NCBI GenBank assembly: GCA_003819755.1
Contig: RPQK01000002.1
Coordinates: forward strand, 1 to 36,387
Source: Acidobacteriota bacterium
Lineage (GTDB): Bacteria > Acidobacteriota > UBA6911 > RPQK01
DNA: 36,387 nucleotides
Direction of reading: 5' to 3'
Shown: positions 16,691 through 25,586 of the stretch, piece after piece
Layout: every line of letters starts with the position of its first letter
Position numbering within the stretch: the stretch's first letter is position 1
Notes under the pieces: generated by a model
Told to the model about the DNA's origin: nothing
Database searches by the model: none
The model's input: only the letters and a program-made list of their open reading frames with translations
Made by a program: the position numbers and the translations under genes

Positions 16691-19111
16691 TCATGCGCAT
16701 CTGAGGGTGGAGATCGGGTCGGTCAAAGCCGCGCGGCGCGCGGGCAGGTAGGCAGCAATAAGTGCAACCGTGCCAAGTAACAAACAACCACCCGCAAACG
16801 TGAACGGATCGGTTGCCGTGATACCGAACAGCCAGGCGGCGAGAACCCGGGTCAGTGCAAAGGAGCCCAGGAGCCCCAGCAACAGCCCGCAGGCAGTGAG
16901 AACTGCAGCCTCTCTGAGAACGAGGCCCAGGACACGCCGAGGGGAAGCGCCAACGGCGATCCGCACCCCCATCTCGTGCCTTCTCTCGCCCACTCGCTGA
17001 GACATAACCCCGAAGATTCCGACCGAGGCGAGAACGAGGGCCACGGCTGCCACGATCGTCAAGAGGTTGGTCATACGTCGACTGTAGGAGACAGTCGCGG
17101 ACACCATATCCTCCATCGGTTTCGCATCGTAAACCGCCGCTTCTTTGTCGAACCGCGCCACCTCCAACCGAACCGCGGAAACTAACTGCGCTGTCGGCAA
17201 TTCACTTCGAACCGCCAGCATACCGGTCGCCGGGAAGGCGTAGCAGGACATGTAGAGCTGAGGCATCGGATCCTCATGCAATCCGCTGTGTTTCGTGTCT
17301 CCTACCACTCCAATGACCGTGTACGAGGTGCCGGGAAAGCTCAGAGGCAGGCGTAATCGATGCCCGATAGGATTGCCCCCCGGCCAGCAGGCATCAGCCA
17401 GTGTCCGGTTGACGACGACCACCGGCAGGGTTCCCCAGCGGTCTGCCTCCGTAAAAACGCGGCCGTCTGCGAGCGGGATACCCATGGTTTTGAAATAGCC
17501 GGGGCTCACGGAGTAAAGACTGGCAAAAGGATAGTGGCCATCGCCAGGCACCGGGCGTCCTTCGGGGTGATAGGGGTGACTGGAAGTACTTCCCGTCATC
17601 GGGAGCGGATAGACGCTGGCCACGCTCTTTATCCCGGGCAGAGATTCCAGCCTGCGCAGCAGCTCCCTGTTGTAGACCTCCAATCCTTTGGCGTACTTCT
17701 CGAAGTCCATTCCCTGTGGTGTCATGGCTTCTCGGTAAAGGCGGATGGTCGCGCCCTGGAACCCCATTCCTACAAGGCCTTCCGTGTCAAAACCAGGTTT
17801 TGTCGTAGAGAGCCTTACGGCTGTGCGGAGCATGAGACCGGCACAGACAACGAGCATGAGAGCCATTCCGATCTCCACGACCGCCAGCGTCCGTCGAAAC
17901 CGGTGATGGCCCGACCGGCTCCCGGGGCGTTCGCCGTCTTTAAGTGATCGAACCAGGTCAAAGGCTGAAAAGCGCAGAGCCGGGAAGAGCCCGAACAGGA
18001 GTGCCGTAACGCAGGAGAGCAGCAGTGTGAAGACGAGCACTGAAACATCTATCCTGACCAGGGGGACGATTTCCGGCGGAACAAAGGGGAGGAGGCTGGC
18101 TCGGACGGCATCGGCGAGCAGGAGGCCCACAATGCTGCCCTCCAACGACAACACCAGGCTCTCCGCCAACGTCTGTCGGACAAGGTCCTTCCTCTCAGCC
18201 CCGAGTGCTGCACGAACAGCGAACTCATGTTGCCGCTCGTGCAGCCGTGCCAGCAGGAGAGTGGCGACATTGGCGCATGCAATCAGCAAGACAAGCCCCA
18301 CCACGGCGAAGAAAATCAGAACCACGCTCCGGGTGTTCCCCGCCACCCAGTCTCGAAAAGAGACGAGGGCCACCGACGGAGCGGCGGTTGGCCTTGGATA
18401 CTGCTTATTGAGCTGTGCGGCGATCAGCTGCATCTCGGCAGACGCCTGCGCGGCGCCTATGCCGGGCTTCAAACGGCCCAGGACGGTGAGAGCATCGTGT
18501 TGATCGCGCGGCTCGTTTGCAGCTCGCGGATCAATCGGAAGGAAGAGATCCGCATCACCGGACAGCCGGAAACCCGAAGGGATTACTCCGACGATGTCGT
18601 GGCTTCGGCCCTCAATGTTGACAGCCGGACTCCCGTCCGCGCCCCGCTGGTGCCTTTGGTAGAAAGATTCCGTGACAATGACGACTGGCCTTCCCCCTGC
18701 TGAGTCTTCATGAGCGTTGAACGAGCGTCCCTCGAGAAAAGTCACTCCCAGCGTCGAGAATAAGTTCGCAGAAACCCACTTGCACGTGAAGCGCTCGGAA
18801 TAGTCGCGCACAACCAGGCAGGTACCGGGTCGGTAGCAGGCCATTTGCTCGAAGCTCTTGCTCGTTTTCCTCCAGTCGAGGTATGTCGCGTAGGACGGCG
18901 GATAAGTCCCGTCCCTGGAGCCCTCCTGCAGGACAACCAGGCGACCGGGCTCACGGTACGGCAGATTCTTTATCAAGAGAGCGTTGACGACCGAGAAGAT
19001 AGCCGTAGTAGCACCAATTCCGAGCGCCAAAGTCAGGATTGCGGCGGCCGTCAGACGAGGTTTCTTTAACTGAACTCTGAGGATTTGTTTGATTTCTGTT
19101 CTCAAGGACAT
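16691..19111 (-). CDS. ADOP-family duplicated MacB/FtsX-type permease (no adjacent ATPase)
   Basis: 806 aa from the ATG at 19111 (MSLRTEIKQILRVQLKKPRLTAAAILTLALGIGATTAIFSVVNALL...). Two MacB-periplasmic-domain plus FtsX halves are visible, each ending in a YLPARRA-like motif. This architecture matches the acidobacterial duplicated orphan permease family. Confidence 0.9.
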   Translation of the reverse strand: MSLRTEIKQILRVQLKKPRLTAAAILTLALGIGATTAIFSVVNALLIKNLPYREPGRLVVLQEGSRDGTYPPSYATYLDWRKTSKSFEQMACYRPGTCLVVRDYSERFTCKWVSANLFSTLGVTFLEGRSFNAHEDSAGGRPVVIVTESFYQRHQRGADGSPAVNIEGRSHDIVGVIPSGFRLSGDADLFLPIDPRAANEPRDQHDALTVLGRLKPGIGAAQASAEMQLIAAQLNKQYPRPTAAPSVALVSFRDWVAGNTRSVVLIFFAVVGLVLLIACANVATLLLARLHERQHEFAVRAALGAERKDLVRQTLAESLVLSLEGSIVGLLLADAVRASLLPFVPPEIVPLVRIDVSVLVFTLLLSCVTALLFGLFPALRFSAFDLVRSLKDGERPGSRSGHHRFRRTLAVVEIGMALMLVVCAGLMLRTAVRLSTTKPGFDTEGLVGMGFQGATIRLYREAMTPQGMDFEKYAKGLEVYNRELLRRLESLPGIKSVASVYPLPMTGSTSSHPYHPEGRPVPGDGHYPFASLYSVSPGYFKTMGIPLADGRVFTEADRWGTLPVVVVNRTLADACWPGGNPIGHRLRLPLSFPGTSYTVIGVVGDTKHSGLHEDPMPQLYMSCYAFPATGMLAVRSELPTAQLVSAVRLEVARFDKEAAVYDAKPMEDMVSATVSYSRRMTNLLTIVAAVALVLASVGIFGVMSQRVGERRHEMGVRIAVGASPRRVLGLVLREAAVLTACGLLLGLLGSFALTRVLAAWLFGITATDPFTFAGGCLLLGTVALIAAYLPARRAALTDPISTLRCA

Positions 19112-19225
19112 AACAACGCTCCGGTGGCGTCCAACCAGGACGGCAGCAAAAACCGTGCCAGCTCTACCGAGGCGCTGGAACGACTCGAAAAAGCCGGCGG
19201 GCGTGTTGCCGGTAACGACCACTTG

Positions 19226-19564
19226 GCACCAAACCATTTTGAAGTTCGGCGGCAGAGGCTGATCTTTATACACATCTTGGAACCGACCCGGCTTGGAGGC
19301 GTCGCCCTGGGAGTGCAGGGGTCTCGCCCAATGCCATTTACTTTTTGGAGCGCGGGGCCGCCAGGCCATTTTGGAGTGCGGCGGCAACGAGAGGCCGACG
19401 CTTTATCAGGCCTCGAGCCGACGCCGCTTTCCCCTGTGCACAATCGATCCGGTTCAATGCTGATGCCGTTTGGCTCGATCCGGCATAGGGGAAAGCGGCG
19501 TCGCCTCGAGGCCTGATAAAGCGTCGGCCTCTCGTTGCCGCCGCACTCCAAAATGGTTTGGTGC
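19226..19564. repeat. Cluster of a 45-70 nt repeat; two copies form a 70-bp inverted repeat (1 mismatch) with a 51-nt loop
   Basis: 19366-19435 is the reverse complement of 19487-19556 with one mismatch. A diverged direct copy lies at 19226-19270 and a partial head copy at 19334-19362. The unit begins GCACCAAACCATTTTGGAGTGCGGCGGCAAC. Confidence 0.95.
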
Positions 19565-19722
19565 TCAGCCTTCGACTAAGGCCTCCTCGAGTGGTCGGGA
19601 CTACCAAGGACCACCTGTCCGCTTCCGGCATGAGTTGTGCGATCTTGGGAAGACCGAACGGACGAGGGTCTGGGGATGCAGCCGAAGCCTGAAACACCGT
19701 CAGCTCAGGACGACCCGACTGA

Positions 19723-22569
19723 CTAAAAAGCCTCCAAGTCGTAACCGCTGCTCTGGATACCCTGCGTTCCCGTGTAGACGCGGACCGCACCGGTTTCAGT
19801 GTCAGTGATACGGACGGTGTACGCGACGTCGGTAAGAGATGCGAAAAAGACCCAGAATTTCCCGTTTACGGAGCGACCGTCGAGAATTTTCACGAGCAAT
19901 TCAGCGTTCGATTTGTCGAAGAACCAGAAATAACCCGAGTCCCGGCTGAGCGGAATGCCGAAGGCTGTGCCGGTAGCACCCGCCGCCGTGGTCCAGTCCA
20001 CCCGGACAGTAAAACGGGAATCGAGGACCATGTCCGGCGTCTCGGCGCTCTCGGCGGCTAGCACGGCGATCTCCTCCGGTCCAAGGGCTCGACTGTAGAT
20101 CCGCAAGTCGTCAATCAGGCCGGCGTAATCCCCGGAGTGTCCATATTTCGAACTGCCCAGTTGCCAAACCACCTCCCGCATCTCGATATAGCGCTGGACG
20201 GTGCATACCGCTTGCCCGTCAAGGAAGAAACGGGTGTACTCCCCGTCATAGGTAAGAGCCAGATGATGCCAGACGCCCGGTTGCGCCTGTGCTCCTGCAT
20301 CCACACTCGCGCCCAAGAAGTCACCCCCGATCCGGCCGCCGAAGACGTTCAGGGAGGCGTAGAGTCCGAAGACTTCCCCGTGTTGGTGGCTATAGGAATA
20401 CCCGTACTGGTTGCTCAACAGGGGGTTCCCGTTGTCGGTGTCTTCCTTTCCGAGGTTGACCCAGGCCACGGTCGTTATTGGGCCCGACCGCATGATATCG
20501 GCGAGCAGGCCGTCGCCAAGGCGGAATGTCGTGCTCGCGGCTCCTTCCGCACCACCCGCGCATCCGCCCACGCGGCCCCCGGGTACAAAGGGAATCGCCT
20601 CATCAAGATGATTTTCGTACCCCGAGCTGTCCAGAGCGGTATTTGCCGGATCATCGAACTTCCAGTGACCAATCAGGCTCGGGTCACCCGCCGCCAAGCC
20701 GGTGTACAGCGGCGCGGCACCCGGTGTCGAATTGTCGGGAAAAGCACTGACGTCGTGAAACGATGCTTGCCTCCCCTGGCTGTTCTGGTACGTCTGAATC
20801 CGGCCGGTAACGAGATCCGTGATTCGCACGGTGAAAGCCACATCGGTCAGGGAGCCATAGAAGACCCAGAAGCTGTGATTGACTGACCGGCCGTCCAGGA
20901 CTTTGACGAGCAGCTCCATGTTCGTCGGCTCAAAGAACCAGAAGTACCCGGAGTCTGCAGAGAGAACCCGTGCCGTTCCCTCTCCGGAGCCAAGCGTAGT
21001 TTGCCATTGCACTTCCACCTGGAACCGGCCGGCGTGAAGGTGAAGGACTCCCGGATCTTTGGTAACGGTTACCGGAGTGTAAGCGACATTGTCCTCAGCA
21101 TTGTTGTCGGCCGGGGTGTCAACAACGACTTTGTTAGTCACAATGCCGGCAGCCGGGAGGCCGACTCCGACTCGCAGCAGAAAGCTGTCGCTTGAGCCGG
21201 CGGCCAGCGAAATCGTTCGACTACACGTTACCGAGGTCCCGGCGGCTGAACAGTCCCAGGAAGCGCCCTCGTGAGAAGTGAAACTCATACCGGCCGGGAG
21301 GAAGTCGGCAACAGTGATAGGTCCCGTAGTCGGTCCGGTCCCATTGTTGGTGACGGTCACTCGATAGGATGCTGATTTGGCGACCTCAAAAATCGAACTG
21401 GCGTCCTGAATCGGCTGGGTCGTCACCGCCAAATCAGGGAATTGCGCACCGGGCGCGTAGGTAGAGGCATAGAGGCCGCTAAGATCACGAGGATCACGGT
21501 CAAACTCATAGTCCTGATATCCAACGTAGAGGGTGGAGGCTGAACCGTCGAGGACCAACAGCGAGCTAAGGGCCGTCTTGTTTACAGGGGGCTCATATTG
21601 ACTCCGGCATTCGAGACCCATCGGATTCCAGGTGTTTCCTCCATCCAAGCTCGTGTACACACTGCTGCCGATTCCAAACCCGTTTGTTCCCCGCAGTGCA
21701 AACAGATGAGTGGGGTCAAGCGGGTCAATCCAGATGGCTTCGGCCGGCTCGTACAGAACCAGATAGCCGTCAGCGACAATTGAGAATCCCTGGCTGTAGT
21801 CATACCAGGTCGCGCCACCGTCGGTACTCTTTAGGATGCCCGGCTCCAATCCGGTTGTCTGGCAGCGGCCGAGATAGATGTTCGCGGGGTCCGTCGGATC
21901 GAAGGTCAGGCACAAAGCGCGGTAGTTAATCCATTCATGCCAGGTTTCACCGCGGTCTGAGCTCCGATACACCTTCTCTGCTAACGCAATCATTGTCCCG
22001 TCAGGTGCCGCCTGAACAGAAGTTACCCAGCCCCCAAGCCCTCGCAAGTATGTGGTCCAGGTGAGGCCGCCGTCCGTCGATCTGCTCACTCCCTGGCCGC
22101 GGGTTCCGTAAAGAGTCGACGGCTGTGAGGGATGGATGAACAGTGAGGTCATGGGCGGAAAACTCGGGCATGACGTCCAGGTTGCTCCCCCATTCGTGCT
22201 TTTGAACCATCCTGTCTTCATTTCGTCGCCGCCGCCCAGCAAAGCGTAGACGGTATTTGGGTCGTGGGGATCAACCTGGAGAAACACGATGTTCGCGTGT
22301 CCGTACGGGCTCAGCAGATCCTGGCCGATCTGCTCCCAGTGGATCCCGCTGTCGGTCGTTTTGAAGATTCCTCGTCCTCGCCCTGACGGTCCATGGTTGG
22401 TACCCGCGTAGACGATGCTCGGATCGACAGGATCGGCCGCCAGCGTGAAAACCGAAAGCTTGTTCAGTCCTATCCGCGTCCACTTGTTGACACCGGCGTG
22501 GGCGGGCAGCCCGGCAATGACCAGGGCGAGTAAAAACGACGCGAGACGAACCAAGCACGGGATACCCAT
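19723..22569 (-). CDS. Large secreted protein: BNR/Asp-box beta-propeller, DUF11-like repeat and LamG-like domain, with two copies of a ~100-aa uncharacterised module
   Basis: The ATG at 22569 is preceded by GGAGAAGGAG. Signal peptide MGIPCLVRLASFLLALVIAGLPAHA. Five SxDxGxTW Asp-boxes: STNGGATW, STDGGLTW, SSDRGETW, STDGGATW, SLDGGNTW. The DUF11-like segment is VTVTNNGTGPTTGPITVADFLP, and the LamG-like segment is WHHLALTYDG...DDLRIYSRAL. Confidence 0.85.
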   Translation of the reverse strand: MGIPCLVRLASFLLALVIAGLPAHAGVNKWTRIGLNKLSVFTLAADPVDPSIVYAGTNHGPSGRGRGIFKTTDSGIHWEQIGQDLLSPYGHANIVFLQVDPHDPNTVYALLGGGDEMKTGWFKSTNGGATWTSCPSFPPMTSLFIHPSQPSTLYGTRGQGVSRSTDGGLTWTTYLRGLGGWVTSVQAAPDGTMIALAEKVYRSSDRGETWHEWINYRALCLTFDPTDPANIYLGRCQTTGLEPGILKSTDGGATWYDYSQGFSIVADGYLVLYEPAEAIWIDPLDPTHLFALRGTNGFGIGSSVYTSLDGGNTWNPMGLECRSQYEPPVNKTALSSLLVLDGSASTLYVGYQDYEFDRDPRDLSGLYASTYAPGAQFPDLAVTTQPIQDASSIFEVAKSASYRVTVTNNGTGPTTGPITVADFLPAGMSFTSHEGASWDCSAAGTSVTCSRTISLAAGSSDSFLLRVGVGLPAAGIVTNKVVVDTPADNNAEDNVAYTPVTVTKDPGVLHLHAGRFQVEVQWQTTLGSGEGTARVLSADSGYFWFFEPTNMELLVKVLDGRSVNHSFWVFYGSLTDVAFTVRITDLVTGRIQTYQNSQGRQASFHDVSAFPDNSTPGAAPLYTGLAAGDPSLIGHWKFDDPANTALDSSGYENHLDEAIPFVPGGRVGGCAGGAEGAASTTFRLGDGLLADIMRSGPITTVAWVNLGKEDTDNGNPLLSNQYGYSYSHQHGEVFGLYASLNVFGGRIGGDFLGASVDAGAQAQPGVWHHLALTYDGEYTRFFLDGQAVCTVQRYIEMREVVWQLGSSKYGHSGDYAGLIDDLRIYSRALGPEEIAVLAAESAETPDMVLDSRFTVRVDWTTAAGATGTAFGIPLSRDSGYFWFFDKSNAELLVKILDGRSVNGKFWVFFASLTDVAYTVRITDTETGAVRVYTGTQGIQSSGYDLEAF

Positions 22570-22611
22570 CTCCAACTCCTTCTCCCCCAAAGGCTAAGGT
22601 TTTTCGCCGCT

Positions 22612-22617
22612 ATTGTA
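22612..22617 (-). promoter_or_regulatory. Candidate -10 box (TACAAT on the minus strand) for the BNR/LamG gene
   Basis: TACAAT lies 43 nt upstream of the ATG at 22569 in an AT-rich patch. The best -35 (TTAGCA) is at 19-nt spacing, so the call is weak. Confidence 0.2.
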
Positions 22618-22970
22618 CTGCTGAGCCACAGAATAATGCTAAAAATTTAGCGTTTTTTTCGTCTGTTCTGACCTTACGCCCCCTCGCGGCCTGGTGGCTT
22701 GCTTTATGCTGTGAGGGAGAAACGGGTTCGAACGCGGTTCCCGGCGCGGTGTCCGTTGACTCGCCTTGTCGCGCGTGGGTAGCCGTGGGCAGCCATCGCA
22801 TAGGCGCCGACCAGCAGAAACTTATTCGTTTCTTCGACTAAGCTTTGTAACATCTCGTTGGGGCACTGGAGCTTCTCTTGAGGTGCTGCGCTCTCTCGTC
22901 TCCTACCCGACCTCGTACTGGGGGTATGCCTTGGCCTTCGGATTGTGCCCGGGTCGAAGCGGAGATACCA

Positions 22971-23267
22971 ATGACCGACGATCCGAAAACGGCACGAGAG
23001 CGCGTGGAGGACTTCATCACCAGGAAGGCTGCCGAAGACGAGAATATTAGAGCGGAGCTGAAGAAGAATCCGCGGGCTGCGGTGGCCAAAGTAGGGATTG
23101 CCCTGCCGGAGGGCATTGAGTCAAGGTGGTCGAGGAGTCGCCGTCCGTGAAGTACATTGTGTTACCGACCTGTCCTTCGGATTTCGGAACTGAGCGAATC
23201 CGAGCTGGACAAGGTGGCAGGCAGCGGTCCGGTGTGGGAGTGCGAGTGCCCCTGGTACAGCGGCTGA
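22971..23267 (+). pseudogene. NHLP (nitrile-hydratase-like leader peptide) type RiPP precursor, reading frame disrupted
   Basis: Frame A 22971-23119: MTDDPKTARERVEDFITRKAAEDENIRAELKKNPRAAVAKVGIALPEGIE. Frame B 23120-23186: VKVVEESPSVKYIVLPTCPSDF. Frame A again 23187-23267: ELSESELDKVAGSGPVWECECPWYSG*. Joined, these match the NHLP leader layout. As written, frame A hits a TGA at 23148-23150. GGAG lies 6 nt upstream of the ATG. Confidence 0.7.
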
Positions 23268-23373
23268 CGGCTTCATGCTGGAGCACACCATACACCGGTG
23301 TCTGGCGGTTTGTAAGCTCAATTCTGTGTCTGCGTCTGTCGCCGGTAGGACAAGAGGCTGATGTTTGATAGGC

Positions 23374-23431
23374 TGGCGGAGGAGATAGGATTCGAACCCA
23401 CGGTACCCTTCCGGGTACAGCGGTTTTCAAG
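23374..23431 (-). other. Displaced 3' half of tRNA-Ser (att repeat copy 1, chromosomal side)
   Basis: 58 nt running from the CCA end to the anticodon loop, with 1 mismatch to 36183-36240. There is no matching 5' half, so it is not a functional tRNA. Confidence 0.9.
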
Positions 23432-23562
23432 TTCAGCCCGGCTCACTTGCCAAAAACTACCAAGTATTTACATTTAAACAGGTTATTGATGGATTCTAGA
23501 CAGGTCGGACTACCAGTTTTTACCATCAATTACCATCTCGACCGGAAACAACTCGGAAACAT
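23432..23562. repeat. Conserved island-end arm (131 nt), paired with 28810-28940
   Basis: TTCAGCCCGG..CTTGCCAA.AACTACCAAGT.TTTACATTTAAAC..GTTATTGATGGATTC.AGACAGGTCGGACTACCAGTT..TACCATCAATTACCATCTCGACCGGAAACAACTCGGAAACAT is shared with only a few substitutions. Confidence 0.9.
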
Positions 23563-23630
23563 CCGGGGCCGTGCATCCGACTGCCGTAGAAGCCGAAAGC
23601 CGTTGATCTCGTGTGATATGCTTCATTGAA

Positions 23631-23927
23631 ATGAGCGTGGCAACCACCATCGCCCGACTGCGCGCCGAGGAGGCGTTGATCCGCGAGTTTTCGATCAGAG
23701 CGCTCTACATTTTCGGTTCAGTCGCTCGGGGAGAAGAGTCTCCAGGGAGCGACATCGACATTCTGGTGGAATTCGAACCTGGGTCACGGATCGGCTTGTT
23801 CGCGTTTGCCCGCCTGCAGAGGCGACTGTCCGAGCTCCTCGAGAAGAGAGTCGACCTGGTAACTCGGGACGGTCTACATCGTGCTTTGAAGGACCGGATA
23901 CTGAAAGAAGCCGTCCGTGCCGCGTAG
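23631..23927 (+). CDS. mntA: MntA-type minimal nucleotidyltransferase antitoxin
   Basis: 98 aa with the GSVARGEESPGSDIDILVEF nucleotidyltransferase motif. Its stop overlaps the start of the DUF86/HepT gene. Confidence 0.85.
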   Translation: MSVATTIARLRAEEALIREFSIRALYIFGSVARGEESPGSDIDILVEFEPGSRIGLFAFARLQRRLSELLEKRVDLVTRDGLHRALKDRILKEAVRAA

Positions 23928-24264
23928 AGACTGGAGATTCCGGATTCAAGATATCCTCGATGCGATCGCCGCGGTATCGGCCTACACAGCGGACATGGAT
24001 TTCGAGCAATTCACACGCGACCGTCGCACCGTCGATGCCGTTGTCAGAAACCTCATCCTGATTGGCGAAGCCGCCCGTCATATCCCGGACGAGATTGGCG
24101 CGAAGTGCAGCACGTTGCCGTGGTCTGAGATGCGGGCGATGCGAAACTTGGTGGTCCACCAATACTTCGGGGTGAGCGACGCAATCGTGTGGGAAACGGT
24201 GAAGCAGGATCTGCCGAGCATCGTGCAGCCTTTGCTTGGCCTGTTGATGCCCGAGAACCATTGA
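23917..24264 (+). CDS. hepT: HepT-type (DUF86, HEPN-superfamily) toxin
   Basis: 115 aa with a GTG start overlapping mntA. Has the Rx4HxY motif in RAMRNLVVHQYF, and the sequence is DUF86-like throughout. Confidence 0.85.
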   Translation: MPRRDWRFRIQDILDAIAAVSAYTADMDFEQFTRDRRTVDAVVRNLILIGEAARHIPDEIGAKCSTLPWSEMRAMRNLVVHQYFGVSDAIVWETVKQDLPSIVQPLLGLLMPENH

Positions 24265-24454
24265 TCAGGTCCAAGGCGCCGGATCACCCGCCCGCTTGCC
24301 GGGGGAGAGAGGGCTTCGTCAACCGCGACCGGCTGGAAAGGTGCCAAAAACTCTCCCGGTGAAGGCATAACCCCTCCCGTGTTCATATGTTTCGTCAAGT
24401 ATCTATTTCTTAATACTTTGCCGCGAGTCAGATGGCTTCAAGAATTCAGGACGA

Positions 24455-24914
24455 TGATACCGTTTTCCTGAAAATCGGGCGGTGATTTGCCGTTGCTCCG
24501 CCGGTCGGGTGAGAAGGCCCAGCGCCTCGCAGTCGCCCCTGAATTCACAAAACATTCAGAGCGACGACAAAAGCTATTTAGCGGTGTCGGATCGACAATC
24601 GCTACTCGGTGCCGTTCTGCCGGCCAGACCAGAGGAAGACCGCACCAGGCACGCGCCAGCTTGCCCACGTAAATCATTGCCTGTTCAACAAAATATGCGC
24701 TGGCCAAGGAAGTCGCCCTCCTAATTTGACAGTTTCAGGATCGGACGGGGAGGGTCGTTTTTGAGGGTCGGAAATTGGTTATCAAATGTCCATTTTGTGG
24801 CTTCGGTTTTTTCGGTCGAACCGGCGATTTCGATGGCTGGGGACCGCATCATTACTGGGTCCGAGGACCGTAGCCGGCCATGGAATCGGGGCCTGGGAGG
24901 AGTCGGATTGGCAC
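24455..24914. repeat. Non-coding block shared by islands A and B (partner 29012-29481)
   Basis: Collinear patches are conserved at nucleotide level, strongest over the last ~173 nt (24742-24914 against 29310-29481). Indels break every reading frame between the two copies. Confidence 0.85.
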
Positions 24915-24956
24915 CTTGTTAGGATCGCCAGCAGATCTTGACGCGCCCAGGCCGGG

Positions 24957-25268
24957 TCAGGCAACGGCCTTTCGCACGCGCAATTCGACTTTGTGTCCGG
25001 TTGCGGAAAGGACACGAATCAGAAGATCGGTGGAAATACCCTGGGTGTTGCCGTTGGCGATGGCTGTGACCCGCGTGCGCGACGTCCCGGCCTTTTTCGC
25101 AATCTCGGCGTGGGTCAGAGTGCCGTCATGAATGATCCTGATCAGCTCGCAGGTTAGCTCCGAACGGAACTCCATCTCTCCCGTCTCAGCCGCTGACAAA
25201 CCAAGGGCGTGCCCCAAGTCCTCAGCCGTCTTGGTCCGAACCGGCTTTTCAGGATTCGACTGCTTCAT
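24957..25268 (-). CDS. XRE-family HTH antitoxin (partner of Gp49/RelE-like toxins)
   Basis: 103 aa. HTH segment LTHAEIAKKAGTSRTRVTAIANGN. Lies immediately downstream of, and overlaps, the toxin remnant. Confidence 0.8.
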   Translation of the reverse strand: MKQSNPEKPVRTKTAEDLGHALGLSAAETGEMEFRSELTCELIRIIHDGTLTHAEIAKKAGTSRTRVTAIANGNTQGISTDLLIRVLSATGHKVELRVRKAVA

Positions 25269-25586
25269 CTAGCACCTCCTGCAATCTCTGGCGAGCCATG
25301 CTGATTTCACGAACAGGCGTCTTCTGGGACTTCTTCTGAAAGGCATGGAAGACGATGATCGCATCTGATCAGCCCAGGCAGTAGAAGACCCGCACCGTCA
25401 ATCCCCCAGCTTTGATCCGCAGCTCGTGAACGCCCCGGCCAATATCGGTCATTGGGCGACTGAGCGGCATCCCGAGCGACACGCCCTTTTGGAGATCTCG
25501 GAGAGCTTCTCCGATCTGTTGCCGAATCGAAACCGGCTGCGCTCGGTTGAAGTCCAGTGCCTTCGGTGGAAATCAACCGGCTTCAC
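25249..25586 (-). pseudogene. Gp49-like RelE/HigB-family toxin, inactivated (frameshift plus in-frame TGA)
   Basis: The main frame reads LDFNRAQPVSIRQQIGEALRDLQKGVSLGMPLSRPMTDIGRGVHELRIKAGGLTVRVFYCLG*SDAIIVFHAFQKKSQKTPVREISMARQRL, with the TGA at 25369-25371. The N-terminal VKPVDFH (GTG at 25586) is in another frame. Confidence 0.75.

Noticed and set aside
19112-19387. 92-codon N-terminal extension of the ADOP permease ORF
   Set aside because: The extension runs through the inverted-repeat cluster. The canonical ADOP N-terminus (MSLRTEIKQ...LKKPRLTAAAILTLALGIGA) starts at 19111.
23374-23431. Partial tRNA copies (also 28752-28809) as extra tRNA genes
   Set aside because: Only the 3' half is present. 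The upstream sequence cannot form the acceptor, D or anticodon stems.
25369-25371. TGA recoding (Gly/Trp/Sec) to explain the in-frame TGAs here and at 23148-23150
   Set aside because: TGA is used as a normal stop by several well-supported genes in the window (the LolA-like gene, the second permease, the ATPase gene, hepT, HEPN). No SECIS-like context is evident. Decay is the simpler explanation.
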